Source: a virus. From it: 64,000 nt of DNA. The DNA is taken from IMG/VR virus record IMGVR_UViG_3300035182_001904; one strand, 5' to 3'. The position numbers and the translations under genes are program-made. Positions 35,808 through 44,539 of this stretch are shown here, one piece after another (position 1 is the stretch's first letter; every line of letters starts with the position of its first letter). The notes under the pieces were generated by a model. It was given only the letters and a program-made list of their open reading frames with translations, searched no databases and was not told where the DNA came from.

Positions 35808-36145
35808 CAGTCCAGCCCTCCCATGGCCACGCAACGCAGACACGTCGGCGCTTCGTGGACGTTCCACGCGACGACGGTGAAGCGGAGCTTCGCAGCGATC
35901 GGAGAGCCGGGCGACGTCATCGCGTCGTGCATGTCGACGTTGGGCAGATTGTGCGACCCGGCCCAGGGCAACCGTTGCGGGTTCGCGACCATCGTGACCG
36001 CGGGATGACAGGCCGTCGCGACGTGGAGCGCCGAGATCAAGCTCTCGTTGGCATCGTCGAAGAAGCGCATCACCGAGGCCATGTGCACGAGGCCGTCCTT
36101 GTCACGAACGGCCCAGATGTTCCGTTGGGGACGGAGCCGCGTCAT
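35807..36145 (-). CDS. HC3 zinc-motif family protein
   Basis: DKDGLVH..TAC..PTCLRC. Confidence 0.7.
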   Translation of the reverse strand: MTRLRPQRNIWAVRDKDGLVHMASVMRFFDDANESLISALHVATACHPAVTMVANPQRLPWAGSHNLPNVDMHDAMTSPGSPIAAKLRFTVVAWNVHEAPTCLRCVAMGGLD

Positions 36146-36381
36146 CGCCGCGCCCCAGGTCGCTGCGGGCAGAACCGGTTCTCGTGCGGCCCCAGGCACA
36201 CCGTGCAGTGCGTCTTGCCCGTCTTGATCTCCAGCTCGATCGAGTCAGCGGTCTTGCGGAACATCTCGGCGCGGTTCCGATGAACCCCTCCGTAATGCCC
36301 GCGACCTTCTTCGTACGAAGCCCAGCGCAGCTCGTCGTCGGCGAGCTTGTTCCAGTGGGCCGCGGATTCTTGCGTCGTCAT
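36142..36381 (-). CDS. Small zinc-binding protein
   Basis: HCTVC..H...C; ATGA overlaps. Confidence 0.55.
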   Translation of the reverse strand: MTTQESAAHWNKLADDELRWASYEEGRGHYGGVHRNRAEMFRKTADSIELEIKTGKTHCTVCLGPHENRFCPQRPGARR

Positions 36382-36608
36382 GATTCTTTCTCCTGACCAG
36401 CGCCGCTCGAGGGCGGTGCGATCGCGCAGTAGAGGCACGTGAACGGCGTAGTCGTCGGCTTGATGGGCAGGATGTCGCGTTCGAGGAATCGCACGGGGTC
36501 GTTGTGGTGCGCGAAGTCCCGCCGACACGCCGTGAGGCCGTACTCGTACTTCGTCTCCGGAACGCGTACCAGGTGCACGAGCCCATCGAAGAGAGCGAGC
36601 ACATTCAT
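36378..36608 (-). CDS. HC3 zinc-motif family protein
   Basis: FDGLVH..TAC..FTCLYC. Confidence 0.7.
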   Translation of the reverse strand: MNVLALFDGLVHLVRVPETKYEYGLTACRRDFAHHNDPVRFLERDILPIKPTTTPFTCLYCAIAPPSSGAGQEKES

Positions 36609-37036
36609 TCGTCGGGCCAGACCGGATGGACCTCTTCCATCTTGCCGTTGTTGAAGACCCAACGCCACACCATGCCGTCTTCGCCCGCCATCTGGAGGTA
36701 GCTTCCATGCTCGACGAACGGTGCGACCGCGCGCCAGAGAACAGGATCGTCACCCAGCTTCTCGCCGTTGAAGCTGATACCCACGACGTCGCCTGTCTTC
36801 TCGTCGGCGTGCGCTTCGTAGCGCCACGCTTCGAACGCGACCTCGAGCGTCTTGGCGAGATAGAACTCGTCCGTGGTGACCCACGAGAAATGGCGTGAGC
36901 AGCCGTGCGAACCCCACGAACCACCACCCATCTTGGACTCGTCCTCGGCGAGCGCACGGATGGCCTCGAGGGCTTTGCTCTTGTTGGCGGCCTTGATGAA
37001 GAAGTGCGATTCCATGAGCGAGATGCAGTAGCCCAC
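36605..37036 (-). CDS. Hypothetical protein (start uncertain)
   Basis: GEKLGDD..LW.AVAPFVEHGSYLQMAGEDG..WRW, a typical phage ORF. Confidence 0.65.
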   Translation of the reverse strand: MGYCISLMESHFFIKAANKSKALEAIRALAEDESKMGGGSWGSHGCSRHFSWVTTDEFYLAKTLEVAFEAWRYEAHADEKTGDVVGISFNGEKLGDDPVLWRAVAPFVEHGSYLQMAGEDGMVWRWVFNNGKMEEVHPVWPDE

Positions 37037-37038
37037 GA

Positions 37039-37251
37039 CTACGCGCTCCCAAACCGGAACGAGATGAAGCACGGGTCACCGTCTTCGTCGCTCACGAAGA
37101 ACCCCCGCTCGTCGAGCTTCTTCTTGTCCTCCTCCGTGACATCACTGGGGTCGATACCGCAGATCGTCAGCACGTCGTGCTCGCAGTGCGTTGGGTTCCG
37201 TGGGTTGCCGTACTTGAGCAGGAGGGTCAGGGCTTCGATGAGGTCCTTCAC
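37039..37251 (-). CDS. Hypothetical protein
   Basis: DLIEALTLLLKYGNP..PTHCEHDVL...FRFGSA. Confidence 0.65.
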   Translation of the reverse strand: MKDLIEALTLLLKYGNPRNPTHCEHDVLTICGIDPSDVTEEDKKKLDERGFFVSDEDGDPCFISFRFGSA

Positions 37252-37505
37252 GATGCCGGCTCCTCGGCCTTCGCCTTGCCTGGCTGCGGGCTGCGGATCC
37301 ATTCCTCCTGAGCGAACAGCACGCACGCACCGTCGACCTTCATGTCGTGCGGGCCGGCGGGCTGCAGCTCGAACAGCTTCGGCGTGCCGTCATCGTTGTA
37401 CTCGACGATCTTGAACGGCATGGACTTGAGGACGATGCCACCAGGCAGATGGAGCTGCGACGGGATGGTCTTGGGTCCGGCGGTCTTCTTGGTCGATGAC
37501 TTCAC
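37248..37505 (-). CDS. Hypothetical protein
   Basis: GTGA overlaps at both ends. Confidence 0.5.
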   Translation of the reverse strand: MKSSTKKTAGPKTIPSQLHLPGGIVLKSMPFKIVEYNDDGTPKLFELQPAGPHDMKVDGACVLFAQEEWIRSPQPGKAKAEEPAS

Positions 37506-37690
37506 GATTCTTCCTTGAGTTCTCCGCTAGGGAGGGTTTGTGGGTGGCGCTTCCACCACGCCTTGAACTGCGTGTTCAGGTACTCGATGTCGTAGCCCAC
37601 GTACAATGCGGCGCCGGCCTGAAACGCCTGCCACGCGATGTCGGCCGGACGGAGGAGAGGCTTACGCGGTCTTGCCTTCTTGGGCGGCAT
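37502..37690 (-). CDS. Hypothetical protein
   Basis: MPPKKARP... following an AGGAA RBS-like site. Confidence 0.45.
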   Translation of the reverse strand: MPPKKARPRKPLLRPADIAWQAFQAGAALYVGYDIEYLNTQFKAWWKRHPQTLPSGELKEES

Positions 37691-37844
37691 CGCGTTCCTT
37701 TCGTTGCCTGCGCTCGGCACGCGTCAGGCGCCAGCGCACAGGGCCGTTGGTGCCGTACTGGTACGTGTGCCTGCCCTTGTGGTTCATAGGCAACGTGCAG
37801 CGGTACAACGTGCTGTGGTGCTTGATGTTGCACGCCGTCATTCG

Positions 37845-38288
37845 CTATTCCTCCGGTTCGTCGGTTTCAGCGGCGTCACGTAGCGGGTTGTAGTCCCACT
37901 TGAAACGGGCGTAGCTCCACTCGTTCCCAGGTTCGTCCGGATTGTTGTTGGTGTCGTACGTCTCGAAGTTGTGTCCCTCGTCCACGTATGTATTACCAAC
38001 AATACGTCGGGCATCCGCGTACGCAGCGCTCGTTGACTCACAGCCGTGCACCGGGTGACGGTCATCCTCCCCAAGGACCATCCAGCGCAACTCCTCGACA
38101 GTCATATCGAGCAGCAGTGCGATGGCTTCAAACTTCTCGACGTCGCTCTGTTTGGGGCCATGACCGGGCTCGTTGTGCCCACACGTCAGCATTTGAATGA
38201 CCATGTACAAATCGTTACGCTGCTTGTACAGCCTCGCAATCTGTTCTTCGGGCGTCATGTCTTTGATACATTTGGCAGGCTGAGACAT
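37845..38288 (-). CDS. Hypothetical protein
   Basis: 147-aa ORF starting 3 nt after an upstream stop. Confidence 0.55.
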   Translation of the reverse strand: MSQPAKCIKDMTPEEQIARLYKQRNDLYMVIQMLTCGHNEPGHGPKQSDVEKFEAIALLLDMTVEELRWMVLGEDDRHPVHGCESTSAAYADARRIVGNTYVDEGHNFETYDTNNNPDEPGNEWSYARFKWDYNPLRDAAETDEPEE

Positions 38289-38468
38289 GTGGTTACTCCT
38301 CGGGTTCGATGGCCTCGTTGGCCTCGTAGTTCGGGTTGTTCAGGACCTCGGGGCGATAGCCCTGGAGCTTGTCCTTGATGCAGCTGAAGCAGACCCGCGC
38401 GAGCGGGATGCCTCGAGCGTCGCACTCCCACCAGGAACCGTCGCCCTTCTCGTGGCGTCCGTTGCAGG

Positions 38469-38699
38469 TCATTTCGATGCCTCCGGGTCAACGACGTCGA
38501 TGACACGCCCGCCAGGGCTGAACTTGCAGTGCGCCCGCGCCGTCTCCAACGGAGACGACGATATAGGTTTCGGTTGCACAGGCGTGTAGCGTGACATCCG
38601 CTCAAGTGGAATACGCGCGTTCTCGTCACCTGTAATCTCGACGGCTCGGTGTTCGAGACCAAGCGGGATCTTCGGAGATCGATGTCGTCGACGCTTCAC
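38469..38699 (-). CDS. Hypothetical protein
   Basis: GTGA overlap. Confidence 0.45.
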   Translation of the reverse strand: MKRRRHRSPKIPLGLEHRAVEITGDENARIPLERMSRYTPVQPKPISSSPLETARAHCKFSPGGRVIDVVDPEASK

Positions 38700-38857
38700 G
38701 GTCGCCACGACGGGTCCAATACCTCGAGCGCCTTGCGTGCGTGGCAACGCATGCACAGGCACACCGTGCCGCAGTTGCTACGTCGGCAAGGCTGCATGGC
38801 CGCGTCACGTAGCGCCGGGATGGCGTGTTTACGGAGAGCGTCATCGTGATGCATCAT
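38696..38857 (-). CDS. Small zinc-binding protein
   Basis: CRRSNCGTVCLCMRCHAR. Confidence 0.45.
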   Translation of the reverse strand: MMHHDDALRKHAIPALRDAAMQPCRRSNCGTVCLCMRCHARKALEVLDPSWRP

Positions 38858-39428
38858 CAGCGCTTCGCCTTGGGTGGAAATCTTCTCCGGGCGTGGCCGG
38901 ATAGTGCACCGCGCACACTGGGCGATACACATCGTCCCCGCCGAGCAGCACCTGTTGGTCCCCTGCGATCAACCGTTGGTTGAACGTCGCCTTGCGGTTG
39001 CAGAAAAAGCAGGTCGTCTTGACCTCTTCGATGCTGTCCGCCAGCTCGAACAAACGCTGCGACGCTGGGAAGAGGCGGCGACGGAAGTCGGTGCGCAGCC
39101 CGTAACAGATGACGGGCACGCCCTCGTGATGCGCGACGCTGTGAAGCTGATCGACTACGCGGGCCGTGAGGAACTGCGCCTCGTCAACCAACACGCACGC
39201 GATGCCTGTCCACAGCTTGTCGGGAAGGCCGTCGTCGTCGACGAGCACATCCGCCTTGGCCGAGAGCCCAGAACGCGATGCGACGACGTCCTCACCGAAC
39301 CGCGTGTCCAGCTTGGGCTTGATGATGACGACGCGCTTGCCCTGCAGCTGATAGTTGTGCGCGACGGCGAGCAGGTTGAGCGTCTTGGCCGAGGAGACGA
39401 CGCCGTAGCGGAAGTAGAGCTTGGCCAT
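38841..39428 (-). CDS. tdk: Thymidine kinase
   Basis: KLYFRYGVVSSAKT, VLVDEAQFL, VICYGLRTDF, LFELADSIEEVKTTC..C, Y.PVC..HY. Confidence 0.95.
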   Translation of the reverse strand: MAKLYFRYGVVSSAKTLNLLAVAHNYQLQGKRVVIIKPKLDTRFGEDVVASRSGLSAKADVLVDDDGLPDKLWTGIACVLVDEAQFLTARVVDQLHSVAHHEGVPVICYGLRTDFRRRLFPASQRLFELADSIEEVKTTCFFCNRKATFNQRLIAGDQQVLLGGDDVYRPVCAVHYPATPGEDFHPRRSADDASR

Positions 39429-39429
39429 G

Positions 39430-39726
39430 CTAGTTGTCGCCTTTGTTCTGCATCACATGCAGAGCGAGCCCGCGTCCTCGCGCCATCCGCTCGCGCCGAA
39501 CCTTCACGAGGTCGGGCGGACGTTTCCCACACAGCTTCGCGCCCTCTTCGAGAAGCTTCTCGAGACGCCCCACCTCTTGTGCAAGCGTCGCGTGTGCAGC
39601 TGACAACACGTCGTAGAAATCACCAGCGAGACCCCGTTCGTGACAGACCGCGTCGATCTCATCCTTGATGGCACGCAGGAGGCGCTGGTACGTGAACTCG
39701 TAGACGTCCTGCAGGTCATCCCCCAC
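39430..39726 (-). CDS. Hypothetical protein (start uncertain)
   Basis: Helical ORF ending 1 nt before tdk. Confidence 0.5.
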   Translation of the reverse strand: MGDDLQDVYEFTYQRLLRAIKDEIDAVCHERGLAGDFYDVLSAAHATLAQEVGRLEKLLEEGAKLCGKRPPDLVKVRRERMARGRGLALHVMQNKGDN

Positions 39727-39907
39727 GAGACGCCTCGAGTGCGAGACACGCGAAACATGTGATGGGCTCATCGTCGTGCACAGTCATCGGCGGACCATAC
39801 TGCGACGTCGCACCGCATAAAATCTCCTCGGCGCGACTACGGATGGTGATGTGCACGAGCCCCCAGCTGTAGATGTTCCAGCCGAAGACGTTCCAATGAA
39901 TCTTCAC
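39716..39907 (-). CDS. HC3 zinc-motif family protein
   Basis: WGLVH..ILCG..ITCFAC. Confidence 0.7.
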   Translation of the reverse strand: MKIHWNVFGWNIYSWGLVHITIRSRAEEILCGATSQYGPPMTVHDDEPITCFACLALEASRGG

Positions 39908-40227
39908 GACGACACCACCGAAAGAATCTTGCAGCCAGCCTCGTGCTCGTTGATGGCGTCCTGCAACGTGCCCTCGTCGAGAAAGTGCTCGACGACCTGA
40001 GACGCCGCATCAGCGTCCCCTTCGACCTCGAGGGTGATGGTGATAGTCGACACGGGGGGTTCGTCCACGAACCCTTGCGCCAAGTTGTTGGCGAGGTCGT
40101 GTAGGAACGGAGCGAACGGGACGTTGTGACCGTGTGCGTCGATGAGCGCCCCGACCTTCGTTGCAAACTGTGTATGCAACGACGCGAGGATGCGGTCTCG
40201 AAGTGCTTCGAGCTGTTCTTTAGACAT
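39904..40227 (-). CDS. Hypothetical protein
   Basis: GTGA overlap downstream. Confidence 0.55.
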   Translation of the reverse strand: MSKEQLEALRDRILASLHTQFATKVGALIDAHGHNVPFAPFLHDLANNLAQGFVDEPPVSTITITLEVEGDADAASQVVEHFLDEGTLQDAINEHEAGCKILSVVSS

Positions 40228-40492
40228 GTCGGTCCACCATCCCACCGCGAAGCCGTCGTGCTTCGCACGAGGCACACGTGTTTGGGTTCATCGAGCACAG
40301 CAGCTTCGCTAGCGTGTATTCGACGGCGACGACCACGCGCGATGTCGTGCCGAACTTCTGACACACGTTGGCGACGTGGAACTTCGCCGTGTGCTCGCTG
40401 ATGTCGAGCTTGTCTGCGATGAGCTTGTTGGAGAGACCTTCGGTGATGAGTGCAGCGACAGCGTCCTCGCGTTGCGTGAGTAGTTTGATCAT
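40220..40492 (-). CDS. Standalone LuxR-type HTH regulator
   Basis: LTQRE..VAALITEGLSNKLIADKLDISEHTAKFHVANVCQK; CxxC tail. Confidence 0.9.
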   Translation of the reverse strand: MIKLLTQREDAVAALITEGLSNKLIADKLDISEHTAKFHVANVCQKFGTTSRVVVAVEYTLAKLLCSMNPNTCASCEARRLRGGMVDRHV

Positions 40493-40499
40493 GTTTCTC

Positions 40500-40730
40500 C
40501 TAGATCGTGCACTTGAGTTCGATGATGTCCATGCGCTGACGTGAGCGGTCGGCGATGCACCAGAGACACGTCACGATGCCGCCCCAGCGCCAGTCGTACG
40601 CACGGGGCACAGTGACATAGCCGCCACACCGCACGTTCAGCTTGGCTTCGGGTGCATGATCTCGTACGGAAATGAAGTGGACGGTCGTGACTTCATGCAC
40701 GAGGTTATCGATGAAGACACAGTCGGTCAC
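40500..40730 (-). CDS. HC3 zinc-motif family protein
   Basis: DNLVH..VRCG..VTCLWC; GTGA overlap. Confidence 0.7.
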   Translation of the reverse strand: MTDCVFIDNLVHEVTTVHFISVRDHAPEAKLNVRCGGYVTVPRAYDWRWGGIVTCLWCIADRSRQRMDIIELKCTI

Positions 40731-40975
40731 GTCGACGTCACCAGGTTCGGCCCACCAACACCCCACTCGAACCAACACAACGAACTGCCATCCGCGCCAC
40801 TGAGGCACCAGAAGCACGTGGGTACGGCGTTCACGTCATAGTGCTGGTCCATCGACGATGCAGCGAATCGACCCCGGCACATGGCGAGGTTGAGCATTCG
40901 AACATCACGAAGGTGGACGACAGGATCGGGTCCTTTGATGCGGACGTAGTCGGTGTACTTCATGACGTAGGCCAT
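40727..40975 (-). CDS. HC3 zinc-motif family protein
   Basis: DPVVH..AMC..PTCFWC. Confidence 0.7.
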   Translation of the reverse strand: MAYVMKYTDYVRIKGPDPVVHLRDVRMLNLAMCRGRFAASSMDQHYDVNAVPTCFWCLSGADGSSLCWFEWGVGGPNLVTST

Positions 40976-41226
40976 CAGCGTTGGGCTCCTGCGATGCACC
41001 AGAGACACGTGACGTCGGCGAGCGTATCTTCGAGGGTCTCGTTCGCGTACGGGTCGCACGCAGGCATGCGAATCCGGTCAACATCACCAGGCGCATATCG
41101 CACATGGACGACGCCTCGGGTATCACACAACGCCCACGGCAACCCGCTGCGCGGGACGTGCAGCAAAGGGCCGTGCTTGCTCATCGGCGGAGGTGTGTGA
41201 GGTGTTGGACGACGGAACTTGGTCAT
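40975..41226 (-). CDS. HC3 zinc-motif family protein
   Basis: DTRGVVH..PAC..VTCLWC. Confidence 0.7.
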   Translation of the reverse strand: MTKFRRPTPHTPPPMSKHGPLLHVPRSGLPWALCDTRGVVHVRYAPGDVDRIRMPACDPYANETLEDTLADVTCLWCIAGAQR

Positions 41227-41441
41227 GGGGCTTCGTCGCCTTTTGCCAAACATTGGAGGCAAGTTATGAAGCCCTTGAAGACGCGCGGCTTCTTGCCACC
41301 GCTTGTCGTCCAAAGCGTGTCGTGAGACTCACACAACGTGGCCCACGCGAACGTGCCGTCGTTCCACCACTCGACGACAACATGTCGAACACCATCAACC
41401 TTCCAGACGACATCCGGCAGGGTGCGGTTGTCCCAGCTCAC
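41223..41441 (-). CDS. HC3 zinc-motif family protein
   Basis: DGVRH..TLC..ITCLQC. Confidence 0.7.
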   Translation of the reverse strand: MSWDNRTLPDVVWKVDGVRHVVVEWWNDGTFAWATLCESHDTLWTTSGGKKPRVFKGFITCLQCLAKGDEAP

Positions 41442-41614
41442 CGGAACCTCCTGCCCGCGATGCACCAGAAGCACGTCACGGGTCGAGCGGTACGGATCGG
41501 GCCCCGATGGCTACCCGGAACGTAGACGCTCATGCGGCACTTGTGGTTATTCGAAGAGCCGATGACGTGAAAGTGCACAAGACCTCGAGCATCCACAACG
41601 TGGGGATAGTTCAC
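41438..41614 (-). CDS. HC3 zinc-motif family protein
   Basis: DARGLVH..HKC..VTCFWC. Confidence 0.7.
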   Translation of the reverse strand: MNYPHVVDARGLVHFHVIGSSNNHKCRMSVYVPGSHRGPIRTARPVTCFWCIAGRRFR

Positions 41615-42144
41615 GGCGGCTTGATCTCCTCGAGGGGACGCCCGTAGCCACGCCACTCCTTCAAGCAGTCATCACACGTGATGACTCGGTGGCGCGCGGT
41701 CAGGAACTTGCGGATGGAGACGCCACACATCGCGTAGGGGGACTCCGCACGAACGATGTGCACGGTGTTCGGGTGATACGGATACTCGAGCAACCGTGCG
41801 TCCGTGCCTGGGCCGAGCGTGTAGTGTTTGTCGGTGGGCATGTTGGCGTAGCGCCAATGCCGAGGGTTGATACATGTGGCCAAGCCGCACGTATTGTTGA
41901 GCACCAGACGCTTGATGCCGACCCCGTCGTTCTCCCAGCACCACAGCAACCGAGCCACCACGAACTGTGTGGAGACTTCATACGGCGGTGACCATGGAAA
42001 GATGGCGGTAGGACCTTCGCCATCGTCGTGGAACTCCGCGAGCCAGTACCAGTGATTCGGGGTGACCTCGACGAACGGGTCAACAAGGTCACGTGGAGGC
42101 AGTACCGTAGAGCGTCCGTGGTGTGGTTGTAGGCGAGCACCCAT
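41611..42144 (-). CDS. Degenerate HNH-like domain fused to an HC3 module
   Basis: HWYW...VARLLW...NTCGLATCINPRHW, then NTVH..AMCG..ITCDDC. Confidence 0.7.
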   Translation of the reverse strand: MGARLQPHHGRSTVLPPRDLVDPFVEVTPNHWYWLAEFHDDGEGPTAIFPWSPPYEVSTQFVVARLLWCWENDGVGIKRLVLNNTCGLATCINPRHWRYANMPTDKHYTLGPGTDARLLEYPYHPNTVHIVRAESPYAMCGVSIRKFLTARHRVITCDDCLKEWRGYGRPLEEIKPP

Positions 42145-42731
42145 CAGCAACCTCCTTTGCATGTGATGACAGCGTTCGAGGCGAGCACGACCGAGACCTC
42201 GGGGATGATGAGGGCATCGCACATCGCAACGAAGCGCGACGTGAGGTGAGGAGGCGCCGAGACCGTGTGGGAGACGCCGTGCTGGTCGCGCACGGCCAGG
42301 AGAAGGCGGGCCTGGACAACGCGCCCCGAACGAACCTCAGCAACCCGCCACCCTTCGGCCAGGGGGTGGAAGCGGTAGCGGACGGGCAGCGAACGCCACT
42401 TCCAGTGGTTCGGGTTCACGCAGTGCGGAAGCGAACACAAAGGCTCGAAAACTGAGTACTCCGGGAAGGGGCCTTTGTAGTGTTCGATAAGCAACCGTGC
42501 AACCGAGAAAATTGCACGCTTAACACTGGCCTTGGGTGACCATGAAATGATCGCTTGGCCGCCTGCACTAAGGCGTCGTGGATGTTTGGCTGCAGAATCA
42601 AGCCTCCAAAACCAATGGTCTGAAGCGTCATCACCCTTTTCGACGTACCGCGTCAGATACTCGAGGGTCGGTCGCTGGTCCTTCAGTCGGGAGGCCGAAT
42701 GAGGGATCAATAGGTTGGGCGATCTCGACAT
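42144..42731 (-). CDS. Degenerate HNH-like domain fused to an HC3 module
   Basis: HWFW...SVARLL...LCSLPHCVNPNHW, then DQHGVSH..AMC..ITCKGGC. Confidence 0.7.
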   Translation of the reverse strand: MSRSPNLLIPHSASRLKDQRPTLEYLTRYVEKGDDASDHWFWRLDSAAKHPRRLSAGGQAIISWSPKASVKRAIFSVARLLIEHYKGPFPEYSVFEPLCSLPHCVNPNHWKWRSLPVRYRFHPLAEGWRVAEVRSGRVVQARLLLAVRDQHGVSHTVSAPPHLTSRFVAMCDALIIPEVSVVLASNAVITCKGGC

Positions 42732-42892
42732 TGTCGTTTTAGACCTCGTACTCCATTAATATGGATGGACCCAGGAAACGCTGCGGCCGCCGCGGCGCCT
42801 CTACTCTACTCTATATACTAGGATCATAATGGTTTTAGTTTAGGGGGTCGAGGGGGAGGGGCCAAATCGCAACATTTAACGCGGAACCAACA

Positions 42893-43067
42893 GCAACCTA
42901 ACCGATTACCGGTATGATTTCGGCGTAGCGCACGAGGTACATGTGGTGTAGGTTGGTGTGTGCCGACGTACGTGAGACGACGACACGTAAGATAACGTGC
43001 GCAAAAACCGAAAAAATACGTCTTTTAGGCGCTAACCCGAAATCATACCGGCGATCGGTTAGGTTGC
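42893..43067. repeat. 39-bp imperfect inverted repeat (42893-42931 / 43029-43067, 35/39 identical) in an AT-richer intergenic region
   Basis: GCAACCTAACCGATTACCGGTATGATTTCGGCGTAGCGC versus GCGCTAACCCGAAATCATACCGGCGATCGGTTAGGTTGC. Confidence 0.85.
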
Positions 43068-43181
43068 ACTTAGGTTGTTGTTTGTGGTTGCGGTTTACTA
43101 GAACCGCAAGGTAAACCCTTTCACTCCTTAACGAGAGCCCTTTGGGCGTTTCCAAAACCGTTGATCACGTGAGCAGAGCGC

Positions 43182-43994
43182 ATGACGAAACACCAAGTTC
43201 ATTTCACGTTTTCCTTCAAGCCGATGGAGTGGGTCGACTCAACACACTTCGCACAGCTCAATGCGCGCTTGCTTGAGGACAAATCCCCGTTTGAGTTCAC
43301 GGGGTTGAATGCCTGGCAAGCACGGCATCAGTGGCAGCTTGAGGTCCCGCTCGGGCTCTTCGCCAACGACTTCCGACCAGGCCTTGTCACGCCTACACAG
43401 GACTTGGAGGCACGGGATGCCCTCTTCGACCAGATGCGTCCGAAGCGCTTCCGTCAGGTCGACATCAGCACACGCGACGGCGTCACGTACTACCGCAAGC
43501 CGGTGTTTGAGCAGGTCCGCGCCTACCACGAGCACCCTGCCATGGCACACGCCTTCCTGGCCTTCTGGAACGCTGCTGAGAAGGATCGGCGTCTCATCAA
43601 GCCGGCGCCCCCCAAGAAGCCGCTCCTCGAGCCGTGGGAGCGCAAGCAGCGTGATGGCGACGCTTGGCGCGGCCCGCCCTGGACGGTGGAAGAAGATGCG
43701 ACCCTGCGAAAGTGGTTCGGGCGTCGCACCATCGGCCCGCACGCCGGTCACCACACCTACCTGACCAAGCCCGAGTGGGACGTCGTGCTCGACGCGCTCA
43801 GCCGCCGTCGCTCCCAAGCCTCGGTGCGCCAACGCCTCGTCATCCTCAACAACCGCCTCCGCCAAGAGTTCGTCGATCGCAAGTACATCGCCGGTGGCTT
43901 CATTGGCGCACGCCACCACGAAGAGTGGCTCGACCGTGTGCTCGGTGAGCGGCCGCGCCCTCTTCACGTGCGACCGCCGCGACGACAGGCCTGA
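43182..43994 (+). CDS. Hypothetical protein (possible DNA-binding C-terminus)
   Basis: 270-aa ORF; PWTVEEDATLRKW resembles a Myb/SANT-like helix start. Confidence 0.6.
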   Translation: MTKHQVHFTFSFKPMEWVDSTHFAQLNARLLEDKSPFEFTGLNAWQARHQWQLEVPLGLFANDFRPGLVTPTQDLEARDALFDQMRPKRFRQVDISTRDGVTYYRKPVFEQVRAYHEHPAMAHAFLAFWNAAEKDRRLIKPAPPKKPLLEPWERKQRDGDAWRGPPWTVEEDATLRKWFGRRTIGPHAGHHTYLTKPEWDVVLDALSRRRSQASVRQRLVILNNRLRQEFVDRKYIAGGFIGARHHEEWLDRVLGERPRPLHVRPPRRQA

Positions 43995-43995
43995 C

Positions 43996-44004
43996 GCTAT
44001 AATT
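43996..44004 (+). promoter_or_regulatory. Putative late promoter GCTATAATT
   Basis: TATAAT lies 8 nt before the GTG at 44012. Confidence 0.5.
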
Positions 44005-44011
44005 CTGCGAA

Positions 44012-44539
44012 GTGACGACGCCGAAGAAGGACCTCGTTCGCTACAAAGAAGTCCGTGGCGCTGACGCACGCGACGACCAGAAGTCTGCTGCCCAGATTCT
44101 CAACGCGGACGCGCTCTCGGTCACCCAAGAAGACCTGCAGGAGTTCGTCCTCTCGCAGATCAAGCGGATCATCTACGGCAACGACGCCGGGATCTGGAAG
44201 GGCGACTTCGTCGGCGCCGGCATCTCGAGCCTGGCCGACACGACGCGTCGCCTCATCAACTTCATCGACCAAGGTCCCGTCGAGGGCTACCCCAGCGGCT
44301 ACAAAGAGATCACGGGCGTGCCGTGGCCCACGGCCATCACCTGGTACATCGACGCGACCAAGGCCAAGAAGATCGTCGAGAAGCTCATCACCCGCAACGT
44401 CGAGCAAGCGCCCACGCAGATCATCTGGCGGCTCTACGCAGAAGACGGAGTCACCGTGCGAATCACGTCGACCGACACGATCGTCAACACCGGCGCACCG
44501 CCCGTGTTCGAATCCACCCGCACGCGTGTGATCACATGA
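44012..44539 (+). CDS. Hypothetical virion protein
   Basis: First gene of the fibre operon. Confidence 0.6.
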   Translation: MTTPKKDLVRYKEVRGADARDDQKSAAQILNADALSVTQEDLQEFVLSQIKRIIYGNDAGIWKGDFVGAGISSLADTTRRLINFIDQGPVEGYPSGYKEITGVPWPTAITWYIDATKAKKIVEKLITRNVEQAPTQIIWRLYAEDGVTVRITSTDTIVNTGAPPVFESTRTRVIT

